A DNA stretch of 54,021 nucleotides from an uncultured Ruficoccus sp. (lineage in GTDB: Bacteria; Verrucomicrobiota; Verrucomicrobiia; Opitutales; Cerasicoccaceae), in assembly GCA_965140785.1 (NCBI GenBank), contig OZ223503.1, positions 1 through 54,021 of the forward strand. Reading direction: 5' to 3'. Position numbers and translations under genes: made by a program. The notes beneath the pieces were generated by a model, which was not told where the DNA came from, made no database searches, and saw only the letters and a list, made by a program, of their open reading frames with translations. This document shows positions 19,157 through 29,127 of this stretch, in pieces; within the stretch, counting starts at the first letter, position 1; each line of letters begins with the position of its first letter.

Positions 19157-19207
19157 ACGTGTGCGCTGGGGTTTCTTTGAGACTTGCTCCGCGTATGGGG
19201 GCTGGTT

Positions 19208-20230
19208 TCAGCGGTACAGGCTTGCGCTCCAGTCGGTGAGGGCGTCCCCGTTGGCAGAGCCGTTGGTCGCGTTGATATTTTCGTTGTTTGGCTGGCGGGA
19301 AGGGGGCGGTGCTCCGTCGATGCGACGCAGGCGCAGGGGGGAGCGGCCGCGCTTCTGGACATGGCTGACGCCGCGCTGGAGGTCCATCCATATCTGGTGG
19401 CGCAGGTGTTCCCAATACTGCTCGACGTAGCGGGTGGTGGTCTCGTCGTGTTCGCTGTCGGCGGCCTGGATCTGCTCATTCAGCGCGGGGAGTTCGGCCC
19501 GGATGAATTTTTCCAGCCGCTCGATGGCCTGGTCGATATGGCGGTGAGCGGTAGCGATATCCTGCTCCCGGATCGTCAGGATACTCTGGCGGGCCTGGAG
19601 GATGGTCAAGCGGGGCAGACTGATGTGGCGGAGGTAGGTCTGCTTGGACTCGTCGGTGTGGCCGTCGGCCAGGTCGTTGAAGTGGCGGATGGCGCGATCG
19701 ACCTTGAGTCCCCCGGCGGCGGCCTCTTCAAAGCGTTCCTGAGCGTTGGCGTGAAAGGCCTTGGCGTGGGGGTCGTACTGGGCGCACATGGCGGCGCGGG
19801 ACTGCCCCAGATCCTTGATGAAGTCCACGATGGCCTGGTGGAAGTCCATCAGGCTCTTGCGCAGGTCGCGGTAAAAGACTTTCACGCGCACGCCGGTGCG
19901 GTACTCCTTATCGCAGTCGCTGAGGAAGCGCTCCAGCAGGCGTTCGGTTTCCTTGCGCAGGGCCTTCCAGCGCTCGGTGCGGTCCTTGATGACGTTGACC
20001 TGGCCGTTGATAGCGGTGGCGAGCATCTCGATCTGGCAGCGCTTCTGCTCGGTCTGTTCCGTGGAAAAGCCGACCCGCTCGGGCAGGGAAAAGGATGATT
20101 CGAGCTCCTGGAGCAGCGTTTTCATCTCTCGCACGGAGGTCTTGAGCTGAGACACCTCCTGATTCAGGTGCAGTTCCTCCTCGATATTGCGGATGATGTG
20201 CGGTGTACTGGGCAACAGCTGTTCGTCCAT
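19208..20230 (-). CDS. Hypothetical all-helical/coiled-coil protein
   Basis: 340 aa from ATG at 20230, heptad-like E/L/Q-rich sequence, host-like codon usage. Confidence 0.65.
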   Translation of the reverse strand: MDEQLLPSTPHIIRNIEEELHLNQEVSQLKTSVREMKTLLQELESSFSLPERVGFSTEQTEQKRCQIEMLATAINGQVNVIKDRTERWKALRKETERLLERFLSDCDKEYRTGVRVKVFYRDLRKSLMDFHQAIVDFIKDLGQSRAAMCAQYDPHAKAFHANAQERFEEAAAGGLKVDRAIRHFNDLADGHTDESKQTYLRHISLPRLTILQARQSILTIREQDIATAHRHIDQAIERLEKFIRAELPALNEQIQAADSEHDETTTRYVEQYWEHLRHQIWMDLQRGVSHVQKRGRSPLRLRRIDGAPPPSRQPNNENINATNGSANGDALTDWSASLYR

Positions 20231-20473
20231 GCTCTTTGTAAAAACACTGGGGCGTTTTCGTGTGTGGGGCAAGGCTCTTTAGGGTGAACGGTTTACTTTA
20301 GCTCGGTGAAATCTTGTAGAAATCACTCGGAAAGGCCCCGGTATGCCCTTCTGGATGAGGCAAACGGCACGTCAACAGATTTTAATGCATCCTCGCCGGT
20401 GCGCTTATAGTTCGGTCGGACATCAGTTTTGATTGTCAGGTGGGTATTCGCCTGCCTTATATTACCGTCACTT

Positions 20474-21859
20474 ATGCGACTAGAGAAAGACTCGATGGGT
20501 GAGATGGAGGTGCCGGAAGAGGCCCTTTATGGTGCTTCAACACAGCGCGCAGTGCTGAATTTTCCGATCAGCGGTCACCGGATGCCGGAAGGCTTTATCC
20601 GTGGGCTGGGGTTGGTCAAGTGGGCCTGCGCCGACGCCAACGAAAAACTGGAACGCCTGCCGAAGGAAAAGTCCGAGCTGATCAAGCGCGCTTGCCAAGA
20701 GGTGATCGACGGTAAGCTCTCGGAGCACTTCCCGGTGGACGTCTTCCAGACCGGCAGCGGCACCTCCTCGAACATGAACCTGAACGAGGTGGTTTCCAAC
20801 CGCGTGTGCCAGTACGAGGGCAACCCGATCGGCTCGAAGAAGCCGATCCACCCCAACGACGACGTTAACATGGGGCAGTCCTCCAACGACATCGTGCCGA
20901 CCGTGCTGCACGTCAGCCTGGCCGTGGCGATCAAGGAGAAGCTCGTCCCCGCCCTCCAGCACCTCTTCGAAGAGCTCGACGCCAAGGCCGAAGCTTTTAA
21001 GGAAATTATCAAGATCGGGCGCACTCACCTGATGGACGCCACGCCGCTGTCCATGGGGCAGGAGTTCTCCGGCTATGCCGCGCAACTGAAGAAGGCCGTC
21101 GTGCGCGCCGAAGACGCCATCGACCGGCTCGAAGAGCTGGCCATCGGCGGCACCGCTGTCGGCACCGGCATCAACTGCCACCCGGAATTCCCCGGCCTGG
21201 TCTGTGAAGTCCTCCGCGAGAAGACCGGCATCGGCTTCCGCGAAGCCGACAACCACTTCGAGGCCCAGGGTGGCCGCGACGACTGCGTGGAAGTGGCCGG
21301 CCTGCTGGCCACCATCGCCACCAGCCTGACCAAGGTCGCCAACGACATCCGCCTGCTGGGCTCCGGCCCGCGTTCCGGCCTGGGCGAGCTGAGCCTGCCC
21401 TCGACGCAGCCGGGCTCCTCCATCATGCCGGGCAAGGTCAACCCCGTCATGAGCGAGATGATCGTGCAGTTGAGCAACTACGTCATCTCGATGAGCAACA
21501 TGGTGGCCGTGTGTGGCCGCGACGGGCACTTCGAGCTGAATGTGACCATCCCGGCCATCGCCTACGCCCTGCATGACTCGGTGGAAGTCCTCTCCAACGG
21601 CGCGAACACCTTCGCCGACCGTTGTGTGGCGGGCATCCAGGTCAATGAGGAACGCTGCCGCGAACTGGTCGAGCGTTCGCTCATGCTGGTCACCGCGCTC
21701 AACCCGTACATCGGCTACGACAACGCCGCCAAAGTGGCGAAAAAGGCCCACAACGAGAACAAGACCCTGAAGGAAGTCCTGCTCGAAGAAGGTCTGATGG
21801 ACGAAGCCACGATGGAAAAGGCGCTCGACCCGAAGACCATGATTCACCCCAAGGCCTAG
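20474..21859 (+). CDS. fumC: Class II fumarate hydratase
   Basis: EKDSMG, FQTGSGTSSNMN, HPNDDVN, GRTHLMDATP, GSSIMPGKVNP. Confidence 0.95.
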   Translation: MRLEKDSMGEMEVPEEALYGASTQRAVLNFPISGHRMPEGFIRGLGLVKWACADANEKLERLPKEKSELIKRACQEVIDGKLSEHFPVDVFQTGSGTSSNMNLNEVVSNRVCQYEGNPIGSKKPIHPNDDVNMGQSSNDIVPTVLHVSLAVAIKEKLVPALQHLFEELDAKAEAFKEIIKIGRTHLMDATPLSMGQEFSGYAAQLKKAVVRAEDAIDRLEELAIGGTAVGTGINCHPEFPGLVCEVLREKTGIGFREADNHFEAQGGRDDCVEVAGLLATIATSLTKVANDIRLLGSGPRSGLGELSLPSTQPGSSIMPGKVNPVMSEMIVQLSNYVISMSNMVAVCGRDGHFELNVTIPAIAYALHDSVEVLSNGANTFADRCVAGIQVNEERCRELVERSLMLVTALNPYIGYDNAAKVAKKAHNENKTLKEVLLEEGLMDEATMEKALDPKTMIHPKA

Positions 21860-21933
21860 CGCGGCGGGCGGGTTGCACCCGCTGGCAATGAGGGGCTGCG
21901 CCCCTACGGCACTGCGTGCCTACCCCTTTACTC

Positions 21934-21965
21934 ATGCCTCCGCTTTCGGGCGGGGGCATTTTTTT
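21934..21965 (+). terminator. Intrinsic terminator of fumC
   Basis: ATGCCTCCGC-TTTCGG-GCGGGGGCAT followed by a T-tract. Confidence 0.75.
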
Positions 21966-22060
21966 ATCGTCATCCAAGCCTCAGCTGTCGCCAAATTTCA
22001 TTTTCGGGGAAGCGCAAGGGGCTGAATGACCCATCAATTTCGAGTACAGTCACTACCCTC

Positions 22061-22138
22061 CGGGGCAGCGGCCTTTCTGGCCGCGATGGGGCGAAGCCCC
22101 ATTCCGGTGCGGAGCACCGAGGGTGCAGGGCTACGCCC
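22061..22138 (-). repeat. Multi-hairpin REP-like element (copy)
   Basis: Near-identical to 31171-31228 over about 55 bp; also carries the GCGGCC-AGAAA-GGCCGC hairpin seen at 4231. Confidence 0.7.
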
Positions 22139-22547
22139 GCCCTTCGTCGGCGTCCATGAAGGCGAAGATGGTGTCGATGTCGTCGCGGTCGGCGAGGCCG
22201 GCTTCCTTTTTGAACCCCTCAAGGCGTTCGCTGGCGAAGTCGCGCCAACCGACTTTTTGCAGAAAGTTGTTCCAGATCAGGAAATCGTTCTCGTTGAGTT
22301 CGCGGCCATTTTCGAAGCACCACTGGAGGATTTCCTCATCGGTGCCGCCGGCGAGCGTGCGCTCGCGCACATCGGGATAGGCGACGCGCAGGAAGTCGCA
22401 GCAGAGGCCGTCGAAGCCCTCGCCGAGACGGTGTTGGAAGTCCTCGCGCAGTTCGCCGTTGGCGTACTTGCGGATCTTGTCCAGCATGCGGGCGAAGTAG
22501 ACCATGCCGCGGGTTTCGACGGTGGGGGCGATGGGGACGCTTTTCAT
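22131..22547 (-). CDS. DUF5069 domain protein
   Basis: GMVYFARMLDKIR, FDGLCCDFL, IFAFMDADEGR. Confidence 0.8.
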   Translation of the reverse strand: MKSVPIAPTVETRGMVYFARMLDKIRKYANGELREDFQHRLGEGFDGLCCDFLRVAYPDVRERTLAGGTDEEILQWCFENGRELNENDFLIWNNFLQKVGWRDFASERLEGFKKEAGLADRDDIDTIFAFMDADEGRA

Positions 22548-22696
22548 AGGGTGGTGGTTTGGGCGGGTTTATTTTTGTGGGGACACGGTTGGAAGCGGAT
22601 GAAACGCGGGCGCTATTTTAACACAGAATTGCGCGAGTTTATGCGGGGCGGTGTTTTAATTTCAAATAAAGGAAAAAGTCGTGGCGGGTGGCAGGT

Positions 22697-24163
22697 TTAC
22701 CGGGCGGACACCGGGGCTTGCAGGCGGGCGGCGAAGGCCTCGGCCTGACGGCGGCCCTTGATCAGGGTGGGGACGGTGACGTTATCGCCGCCGCGGGTGT
22801 GGATGACGGCGTTGTAGAAGATGGTGTTGCCCGAGGACATGGCCTGCTTGAGCTCGATGTTAGTGATGGCGTCGCGCAAGACGGTGCGGACGCGGGCGAA
22901 GCCGAACCGCCGCGTGTGGATCTCCAGCCGATCCGGATAGCGGTGGACGCGCACGGCACTGGTGAGCGAGGAGCCGACGCCGAAGGTCACGAGCAGGCCG
23001 AACCCGGCGAAGACGACCGGGAAAAGCTTGGGCATCTCGCTGTTCCAGGCGAAGAAGGCTCCGGCGAGCATCCCCAGGCCGATCAGCAGCGGGATGAGGA
23101 GCAGGAAAAAGTTGCGCAGGGGGCGGAACTCCAGCACTTCGGCCCCGGAGAGGTCCGGGCGGACGGTGAGGCCGGGGATGGCGCTGAGCGCGGGCAAGGG
23201 GGCAAGCTTGGCGCCGGGGGCCAGTTCGTTGTCCTGCGGGGCGCGGGCGTCGGGGTTGCTGTCCGGGGTGCGGAAGACCGGGACGCGGAAGGTGGCCTTG
23301 TAGTCGAGGCCGGGGGACTTGGCGGTGGCGGTCAGCTCCCAGTAGTTTTTTGAGCTGGAGCTGAGCCGTTCGGTCGGCTTGCAGGAGTAAGGGATGAAGA
23401 AGAGGACGGGCAGGGCGCTGCGGGTGGGGTCCTCGGGCATGGCCTCGTGCTCGAGCACTTGCTCGGATTCCCAGAGGGTGTTGCGGTGGGTGGTGCGGTT
23501 TTTGCCGCTGCCGCTGGTCCACTCGTGGATGCTGCGCAGCGTGAGGGTGAAGCCGTCCTGCGGGCGGATGTTGACCCTCGTCAGGATGAGGCCGCCGAGA
23601 TTACCGCCGATGACGCCGGGAACTTCGGCCATCTCGAAGACAGAGGTGCCGTACTTGCGCCAGCGCAGGAGCTGGTAAATGAAGGCGGCGACCAGGCCCA
23701 GTCCGACAAGCGGGAAGAGCAGCACGAAGTAGGTGGCCGGCTTCTTGTCCAGCTCGCCCGAATTGATCATGGCGATGGTGACGCCCCAGGCGATGGCGTT
23801 CCAGAACACGGCGAACCCGCCGATGAAAAGCATGCCGGTCAGGTTGCTGTCCTTGATCCGCCCGCTGGCCCAGACCTTGTTGTGCAGCCAGGGCTGGTCG
23901 GGATGCAGACGGGCGAGCTTGCTTTCCTGTCCGGCGTGGAAAAAGGCGTAAATGCCGCCGCCGATGATCCCGAGCCCGACAACGATGAACAGGCCGCAGC
24001 CCCCGTAGGCGATCCAGGCCGGGTTGTTCTTCTGCGCGCTCTCCTGAAGGGCATTGACCAGCGCAAAGAAACCCATGCCCGCGAAAAAGCCCCCGAAGAG
24101 GATCATGAAGACGGCCCCGAGTCGGGAGGACTGGCGGGAGGCGGATGCGAACCGGGCGGACAT
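22697..24163 (-). CDS. Multi-pass membrane protein with arrestin-like soluble domain (hypothetical)
   Basis: FAVFWNAIAW, LFPLVGLG, GSGKNRTTH..LW and GLDYKATFRVPVF motifs. Confidence 0.7.
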   Translation of the reverse strand: MSARFASASRQSSRLGAVFMILFGGFFAGMGFFALVNALQESAQKNNPAWIAYGGCGLFIVVGLGIIGGGIYAFFHAGQESKLARLHPDQPWLHNKVWASGRIKDSNLTGMLFIGGFAVFWNAIAWGVTIAMINSGELDKKPATYFVLLFPLVGLGLVAAFIYQLLRWRKYGTSVFEMAEVPGVIGGNLGGLILTRVNIRPQDGFTLTLRSIHEWTSGSGKNRTTHRNTLWESEQVLEHEAMPEDPTRSALPVLFFIPYSCKPTERLSSSSKNYWELTATAKSPGLDYKATFRVPVFRTPDSNPDARAPQDNELAPGAKLAPLPALSAIPGLTVRPDLSGAEVLEFRPLRNFFLLLIPLLIGLGMLAGAFFAWNSEMPKLFPVVFAGFGLLVTFGVGSSLTSAVRVHRYPDRLEIHTRRFGFARVRTVLRDAITNIELKQAMSSGNTIFYNAVIHTRGGDNVTVPTLIKGRRQAEAFAARLQAPVSAR

Positions 24164-24263
24164 GCTTAAGTCAATTTAGGAGCCGTCGGCTCCCGATGGC
24201 AAGCCTGAGGCTGCTCTGTGTGGCTTCAGCGGGTGGTCAGCCCCGGAGAGGGGCATGGACCTC

Positions 24264-25211
24264 TCATGCCGGGGACGATGTTTCCAGCGGCGGGTGGGCT
24301 TTGGGATTACTGAGGGTCGTGATGAAGACGGGGACGATGAAGGTGGCCTTGTAGTCTAGTCCGGCTGACTCGGCGCGGGCTTCCAGTTCCCAGTAATAGC
24401 AGTCGTGGGCGGTGACCCGCTCGGTGGCCATACAGGTGGGGGGGATGAAAAAAAAGACGGGCAGGGCGCTGCGTTTGCTGTCGTTGGGGAGGGCTTCCTG
24501 CTCCAGTACCTGCTCCGACTCCCAGATGGTTTCGCTGTAGCGGATGTTCCGCCCGCCGACGTCGGCGGTGTAGCGGCGGATATTGCGCAGAGTCAGGGTA
24601 AAACCACTTTGCACGAGGTGCGGGCGGACCTTGGACTTGATGAGGATGAGACCGCCCAGGTCGCCGCCGATGAGACCGGGGTTTTCAGCCAGTTCGAAGA
24701 CCGAGGTGCCGTATTTGGACCAGCGCAGTATCTGGTAAGCGACGATGCTGAGGGGTGCCAAGCCGACGAGGGTGATCACTACCACCAGGAATACGCTCGA
24801 GGCATCGCCCCAGTAAATAAGGGCGATGCTCAGGCTCCACGCCGGGACGTTCCAGACCAACGCGAGACCGACCCACAGGATCAGGCGGTTGAGATTGCTG
24901 TCTTTGATGCGTCCGCTGACCCAGGCCGGATTGTGCATCCAGGGCTGGCCCGGGTAGCGGCGAACGAGCCGGACGATGCGCCCAAAATGAAACAGGGCAA
25001 AAATCCCGAGTACGCTGACGATGAAGCTGATGCCGAGGAGCAGGCCGCAAACGGCATCAGCGATCCAGGCCGGGCCATCGTACTGCTGAAAAAAGGCGAA
25101 AACCTCATCATGGACCTCAACGCTCACGCTCGCGACATAGCCGCCGAGAAGGATCATCAGGCCCGCTGCAAACAGGCCAAGAGCGGGGGAGAGACGTGAG
25201 CACAGCGACAT
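24264..25211 (-). CDS. Shorter paralog of the adjacent membrane protein
   Basis: Shared blocks W.KYGTSVFE.AE.PG.IGG.LGGLIL, RSALPV.FFIP and GLDYKATF.VPVF. Confidence 0.7.
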   Translation of the reverse strand: MSLCSRLSPALGLFAAGLMILLGGYVASVSVEVHDEVFAFFQQYDGPAWIADAVCGLLLGISFIVSVLGIFALFHFGRIVRLVRRYPGQPWMHNPAWVSGRIKDSNLNRLILWVGLALVWNVPAWSLSIALIYWGDASSVFLVVVITLVGLAPLSIVAYQILRWSKYGTSVFELAENPGLIGGDLGGLILIKSKVRPHLVQSGFTLTLRNIRRYTADVGGRNIRYSETIWESEQVLEQEALPNDSKRSALPVFFFIPPTCMATERVTAHDCYYWELEARAESAGLDYKATFIVPVFITTLSNPKAHPPLETSSPA

Positions 25212-25283
25212 GGCGAAGCCAAATCTAACGTGCCGGTAACACGAAAGGCAAGCCGTTCGCGCGGATGGCCTCTTTGGTGCTTC

Positions 25284-25703
25284 TTACGCCTTGCCTTCGA
25301 CGAACTCGAGGGTGCCGTCGCTCTTGAGGCGGCGGTAGTAGCAGCCGCTGCGGGCGGTGCCGGAGCTATCCTTGGTGTGGCAGGCGCCCTTGCCCTTGGG
25401 GCGGACGAGGTAGAGCAGGGAGTTCTGCTCGCAGTTGACGCGGATCTCGACGATTTCGAGGAAGTCGCCCGAGGTCTTGCCCTTGATCCAGAGCTCGTTA
25501 CGGGAGGTACTCCAGAAGGTGGCCATACCCTCGGCGATGGCGGTCTTGAAGGCGAGCTCGTTGGCGTAGCCGAGGATGAGCACCTCGCCGGTGTCCACGT
25601 CCTGAGCCACGGCGGGCATGACGTCCGCGCCGCAGTCGGCGACCTTTTTGAGTTTCGTAAAGTCCAGGCTCAGGGTGGAGCCTTCTTCCAGTTCCTTGCT
25701 CAT
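25284..25703 (-). CDS. hisI: Phosphoribosyl-AMP cyclohydrolase
   Basis: FWSTSRNELWIKGKTSG, VNCEQNSLL, GACHT, CYYR. Confidence 0.92.
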   Translation of the reverse strand: MSKELEEGSTLSLDFTKLKKVADCGADVMPAVAQDVDTGEVLILGYANELAFKTAIAEGMATFWSTSRNELWIKGKTSGDFLEIVEIRVNCEQNSLLYLVRPKGKGACHTKDSSGTARSGCYYRRLKSDGTLEFVEGKA

Positions 25704-26044
25704 TTGATGAAACGGATAGTCATTGGATATTGGTAAGCCTCGCCGCTGTTGGCCTTGATTGAGGCGATGATGACGAAGACCAGATCAAGGATCATCAGGG
25801 CGATCAACAAAAAGATGCCGATAAAGACAAACATCAGTAGCCCTGCTACGGCCATGTAGATGGTCATGGAGATCTGAAAGTTCAGCGACTCCTTGCCGTG
25901 GGCGTCAACGCCGGGGATCTCATCTTTCTTGATCAGCCAGATGACGAGGGGGCCGAGGAGGTTGCCGAAGGGGACACCGAGCAGGCCAGCGAGAGCGGCC
26001 AGGTGGCAGAGCATTTCCCAGGTGCGGGTGTTGGTGGTGGTCAT
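25700..26044 (-). CDS. DUF4870 membrane protein
   Basis: MLCHL, GPLVIWLIKK, HGKESLNFQIS, YQYP. Confidence 0.88.
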   Translation of the reverse strand: MTTTNTRTWEMLCHLAALAGLLGVPFGNLLGPLVIWLIKKDEIPGVDAHGKESLNFQISMTIYMAVAGLLMFVFIGIFLLIALMILDLVFVIIASIKANSGEAYQYPMTIRFIK

Positions 26045-26181
26045 GGTGGTTGGTGTGATGGCATGAAACCGGAAACGGTGGCGTCTCCCGGCTTAATTGT
26101 TTACGGCGAACCACCGTATCCACTTTTCGTGGATATTCAAACCTTCAAATGCGTAGTCGCGCCGATGCGCACACGGGGGCC

Positions 26182-27225
26182 TCAGTCCCGCCCGAGCATG
26201 AACGAGTGGGCGGCGAATCCGGCGCCGAAGCTGGTCAGCCAGAGGTCCTTGCCGTTGAGGTCGAGGTGCTCGTTACTTTTGAGGTACTCGTCGAGGGCAA
26301 AGAGGACGGAGGGGCTGCTCATGTTGCCGTAGTTGGTCAGGACGACCTCGGACTCGTGCAGCTCGAAGCCCTTGAGCTTCTTGGCCACGGCGATGAGCAC
26401 GTCGCGCCCGCCGGCGTGGGAGAGCACGTGGGCGATGCCCTTGGGGTCCTGCTTGGCAAAGAGTCCCTCGACCGCGACGGCAGCCTTTTGCGGGACGCTC
26501 AGGTGGAGCTTGTTGCGCAGCTTGCCCTCCCGGTTCTCGAAGCGCAGCAGCTCGCGGTCTTCGGGGAGGTGGACGGTGTCGAAATTTTTCGCCTTGAGGC
26601 CGGTGGGGCCGGGCTTGTCGGTCCAGATGCTGGCCGAGCAGCCGTCACCGAAGAGGCAGAGGGAGACGAGCACGCCGGGGTCGTCGTCGAGGTAGAAGGC
26701 GGCCGAGCAGATCTCCACGGCGATGACGCCGATCTTCATGCCGGGGTTGGCGGCGATGAGGCCCTCGGCGGAGCGCAGGGTGGGCACGGCGGCGCCGCAA
26801 CCGAGGCCGACGATGTCCTGCAGGTAAGTATTGCGCCGCATGTTGAGGCGCTCGGCCACGTAGCTGGTGATGCCGGGGCAGAGGTAGCCGGTGCAGGTGC
26901 AGGCGATGAGGGCGTCCAGCTCGTCGGCCTTGAGACCGGCCTGATCGAGGGCGTCCACGAGGGTGTCGGTGGCCAGTTGCGGCCCTTCGCGCTCGAATTC
27001 GCGATTGAGCTCGCCGCCGTCTTTCTTGAAGACATTCTGGATGTCCGGCACGGCCAGGTGGCGCTTTTCGATCCCGCTGGCACCGCCAATGAGGACCTTT
27101 TCCAGGATATACTTGGAGCGGGGAAGCAGTTGCTTGAAGGGTTCGGTCGGCTGGAGCATGTCCCAGCAGTCTTGTTGTGTGTAGGCGGTCGGCGGGACGC
27201 GGTTGGCGAGTGCTTGCAGATACAT
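26182..27225 (-). CDS. Type III polyketide synthase (chalcone/stilbene synthase family)
   Basis: Cys-His-Asn triad in GLGCGAA, SHAGG and YGNMSSPS; LFGDG; ATG at 27225. Confidence 0.93.
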   Translation of the reverse strand: MYLQALANRVPPTAYTQQDCWDMLQPTEPFKQLLPRSKYILEKVLIGGASGIEKRHLAVPDIQNVFKKDGGELNREFEREGPQLATDTLVDALDQAGLKADELDALIACTCTGYLCPGITSYVAERLNMRRNTYLQDIVGLGCGAAVPTLRSAEGLIAANPGMKIGVIAVEICSAAFYLDDDPGVLVSLCLFGDGCSASIWTDKPGPTGLKAKNFDTVHLPEDRELLRFENREGKLRNKLHLSVPQKAAVAVEGLFAKQDPKGIAHVLSHAGGRDVLIAVAKKLKGFELHESEVVLTNYGNMSSPSVLFALDEYLKSNEHLDLNGKDLWLTSFGAGFAAHSFMLGRD

Positions 27226-28244
27226 CAATGCGTGAGGTTGAACAAAAGGTTGAAGGGCAGGAGTCCGCCGCGGGCGGCGGCGGACAGCGCGGGCTGTCCG
27301 GCGGGATGGAAGATCAAGGGGTGCAGGCAGCGGGCGACGGCCAGGCGGCGTCCGAAGACGCGCCGGAGGCGGCTGCGCACCTCGCTCAGGGCTTGCGGCC
27401 ACTCCCGTTTCCCGTGGGCATACTCGGCCAGCGGAGCCACGGCCAGAGCGGCGCTCTGGAAGGCCATGGCCATGCCGTTACCGGTGAAGGGCGGGATGAG
27501 CCCATAGCGGTCCCCCAGGCAGAAAAACTGCCGTTCGGGCGCGTTTTGCCGGTAGGAAAGCTGAGAGATACCCACTATACTTGAAAAATCCAAGGTGCTT
27601 GCTTCCACCCTGAGCGCGAGATTGTCAAGCCGCGATGCACGCATGTACTTCAGCGGCAGGTCGGATTTAGGCCCGCTGAGGCCGTCCCGGCGGCGGAAAA
27701 GCCCGCAGATATTGACCTTCCCGTCCTCGATGCGGGAGATGCCCATGTAGGCTCCCTGTCCGAGGTGAAGCTCCAGGTCGTCCTCCGGTTCGATGCCGGA
27801 AGCGTGGAATTTCAGCCCGAGCCACTCGGAGGTGTTTTCGGCGGCGCGCCCGGTGGTCCAGACGGTGCCGGGGGTTGGCTCCGGGGGCCGGCGGGAGCCG
27901 GTGATCAGCTCACCCCCGAGGGCGGTGAACAGCTCCGCCAGCCGTTGGTCGAGTCGGTAGCGGGAAATACCCAGGGCGGGCGCGGGGAGGGTCTTTTGCC
28001 AGACACGGCGGTTGTGGGCGTACCAGCCGGTACGCTGGCAGGGGAGGGCGTCGCTGAGGCAAGGGCCGATGCCGAGGATCTCGATCGTCTGCTCGTCCAG
28101 CCCACAGATGAACTCTCCGCAGACGCGGTGGCGGGGGTAGGTGGTGGCCTCGTGGAGGGTGACGGGGAGGTTCAGCCGCCGCAGGGCGATGCCCAGGGAC
28201 AGCCCGGCCAGTCCGCCGCCGACAATGGTGATCGGCGCACTCAT
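27225..28244 (-). CDS. FAD-dependent oxidoreductase
   Basis: IVGGGLAG, HRVCGEF, LGD..GLIPPFTGNGMAMA; ATG at 28244. Confidence 0.9.
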   Translation of the reverse strand: MSAPITIVGGGLAGLSLGIALRRLNLPVTLHEATTYPRHRVCGEFICGLDEQTIEILGIGPCLSDALPCQRTGWYAHNRRVWQKTLPAPALGISRYRLDQRLAELFTALGGELITGSRRPPEPTPGTVWTTGRAAENTSEWLGLKFHASGIEPEDDLELHLGQGAYMGISRIEDGKVNICGLFRRRDGLSGPKSDLPLKYMRASRLDNLALRVEASTLDFSSIVGISQLSYRQNAPERQFFCLGDRYGLIPPFTGNGMAMAFQSAALAVAPLAEYAHGKREWPQALSEVRSRLRRVFGRRLAVARCLHPLIFHPAGQPALSAAARGGLLPFNLLFNLTH

Positions 28245-28915
28245 GCGGCAGCGGCGCGGGCGGGTTGGACCCGGCGGGCGATCATCCAGTAGCAGCCCAG
28301 CCAGGTAGTGCCGTCCTCGACCTGCCACTGGGTGCGGTCGAGCCCGGCCAACGCGGGCAGCTCGCCCCGGCGAAAGCCGCCCCGGATGCTGACGCGTCCG
28401 TCGTGGCGGGTGACGGAGTTGAGCCCGAGCAGGCTGGCCAGCCGGAGCTGCCACAGGTGCAGGCGGTGGCGGGCGGTTTCACAGAAGATCATCAGCCGGT
28501 AGTGGTCGCGGATGCGGTTGAAAAGATCGCGCAGGGCGAGGTTGTCAAACTGGTGGAGGATGAAGTTGCCGATGAGGACATTGTGGTCGGCGTAGTTGTC
28601 GAAGGCGAGCAGGTCCGTCTGCCGCCAGTGCCAGGGCTGGGGCCAGTCACGCGGACGCTCCAGCACATCGAGGCCGGTGTAGTGGGCCTCGCCCCGGTGA
28701 AGCCGCCGGTAAACGCGCCCCAGCTCGCCGCAGCCGCAGCCCAGCTCGAGGATGCGGTCGCCGGGGCGGTGGTGGTGCTTGAGCAGGCTGGCGGCGCGGC
28801 GGTAGTTGCCGCTGAGGCGGGCCAGCAGGATGATCTCGCGCCGGTTTTTGACCGCGTCGGGATGGCCCGGCGGGAGGGAGTCGAGGATTTCGGGCTCAAT
28901 GACGCGTTGATGCAT
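28241..28915 (-). CDS. SAM-dependent methyltransferase
   Basis: EILD, ILELGCGCG, FILHQF, TRHDGRVSIRGGF; ATG at 28915. Confidence 0.88.
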   Translation of the reverse strand: MHQRVIEPEILDSLPPGHPDAVKNRREIILLARLSGNYRRAASLLKHHHRPGDRILELGCGCGELGRVYRRLHRGEAHYTGLDVLERPRDWPQPWHWRQTDLLAFDNYADHNVLIGNFILHQFDNLALRDLFNRIRDHYRLMIFCETARHRLHLWQLRLASLLGLNSVTRHDGRVSIRGGFRRGELPALAGLDRTQWQVEDGTTWLGCYWMIARRVQPARAAAA

Positions 28916-29127
28916 AGGAAACGTGACCGCCCGCGAAGCAGGACGCATGCGCGGCGGGGGATTTTTGAGAGAGAAGGTGGATAATCTGCCTTGAGCCTAG
29001 GCTGTTCCGTCCCAAGCGCAAGGAGATGAGAAAAAAAGGAACCCTTTCGCGGTCAAGTGGGACCAAGTCAATTCCTTCCATCAATTCGCCGTTGTCTTGC
29101 CCATAAGCCGGTGTTATTTCCCAGTCT

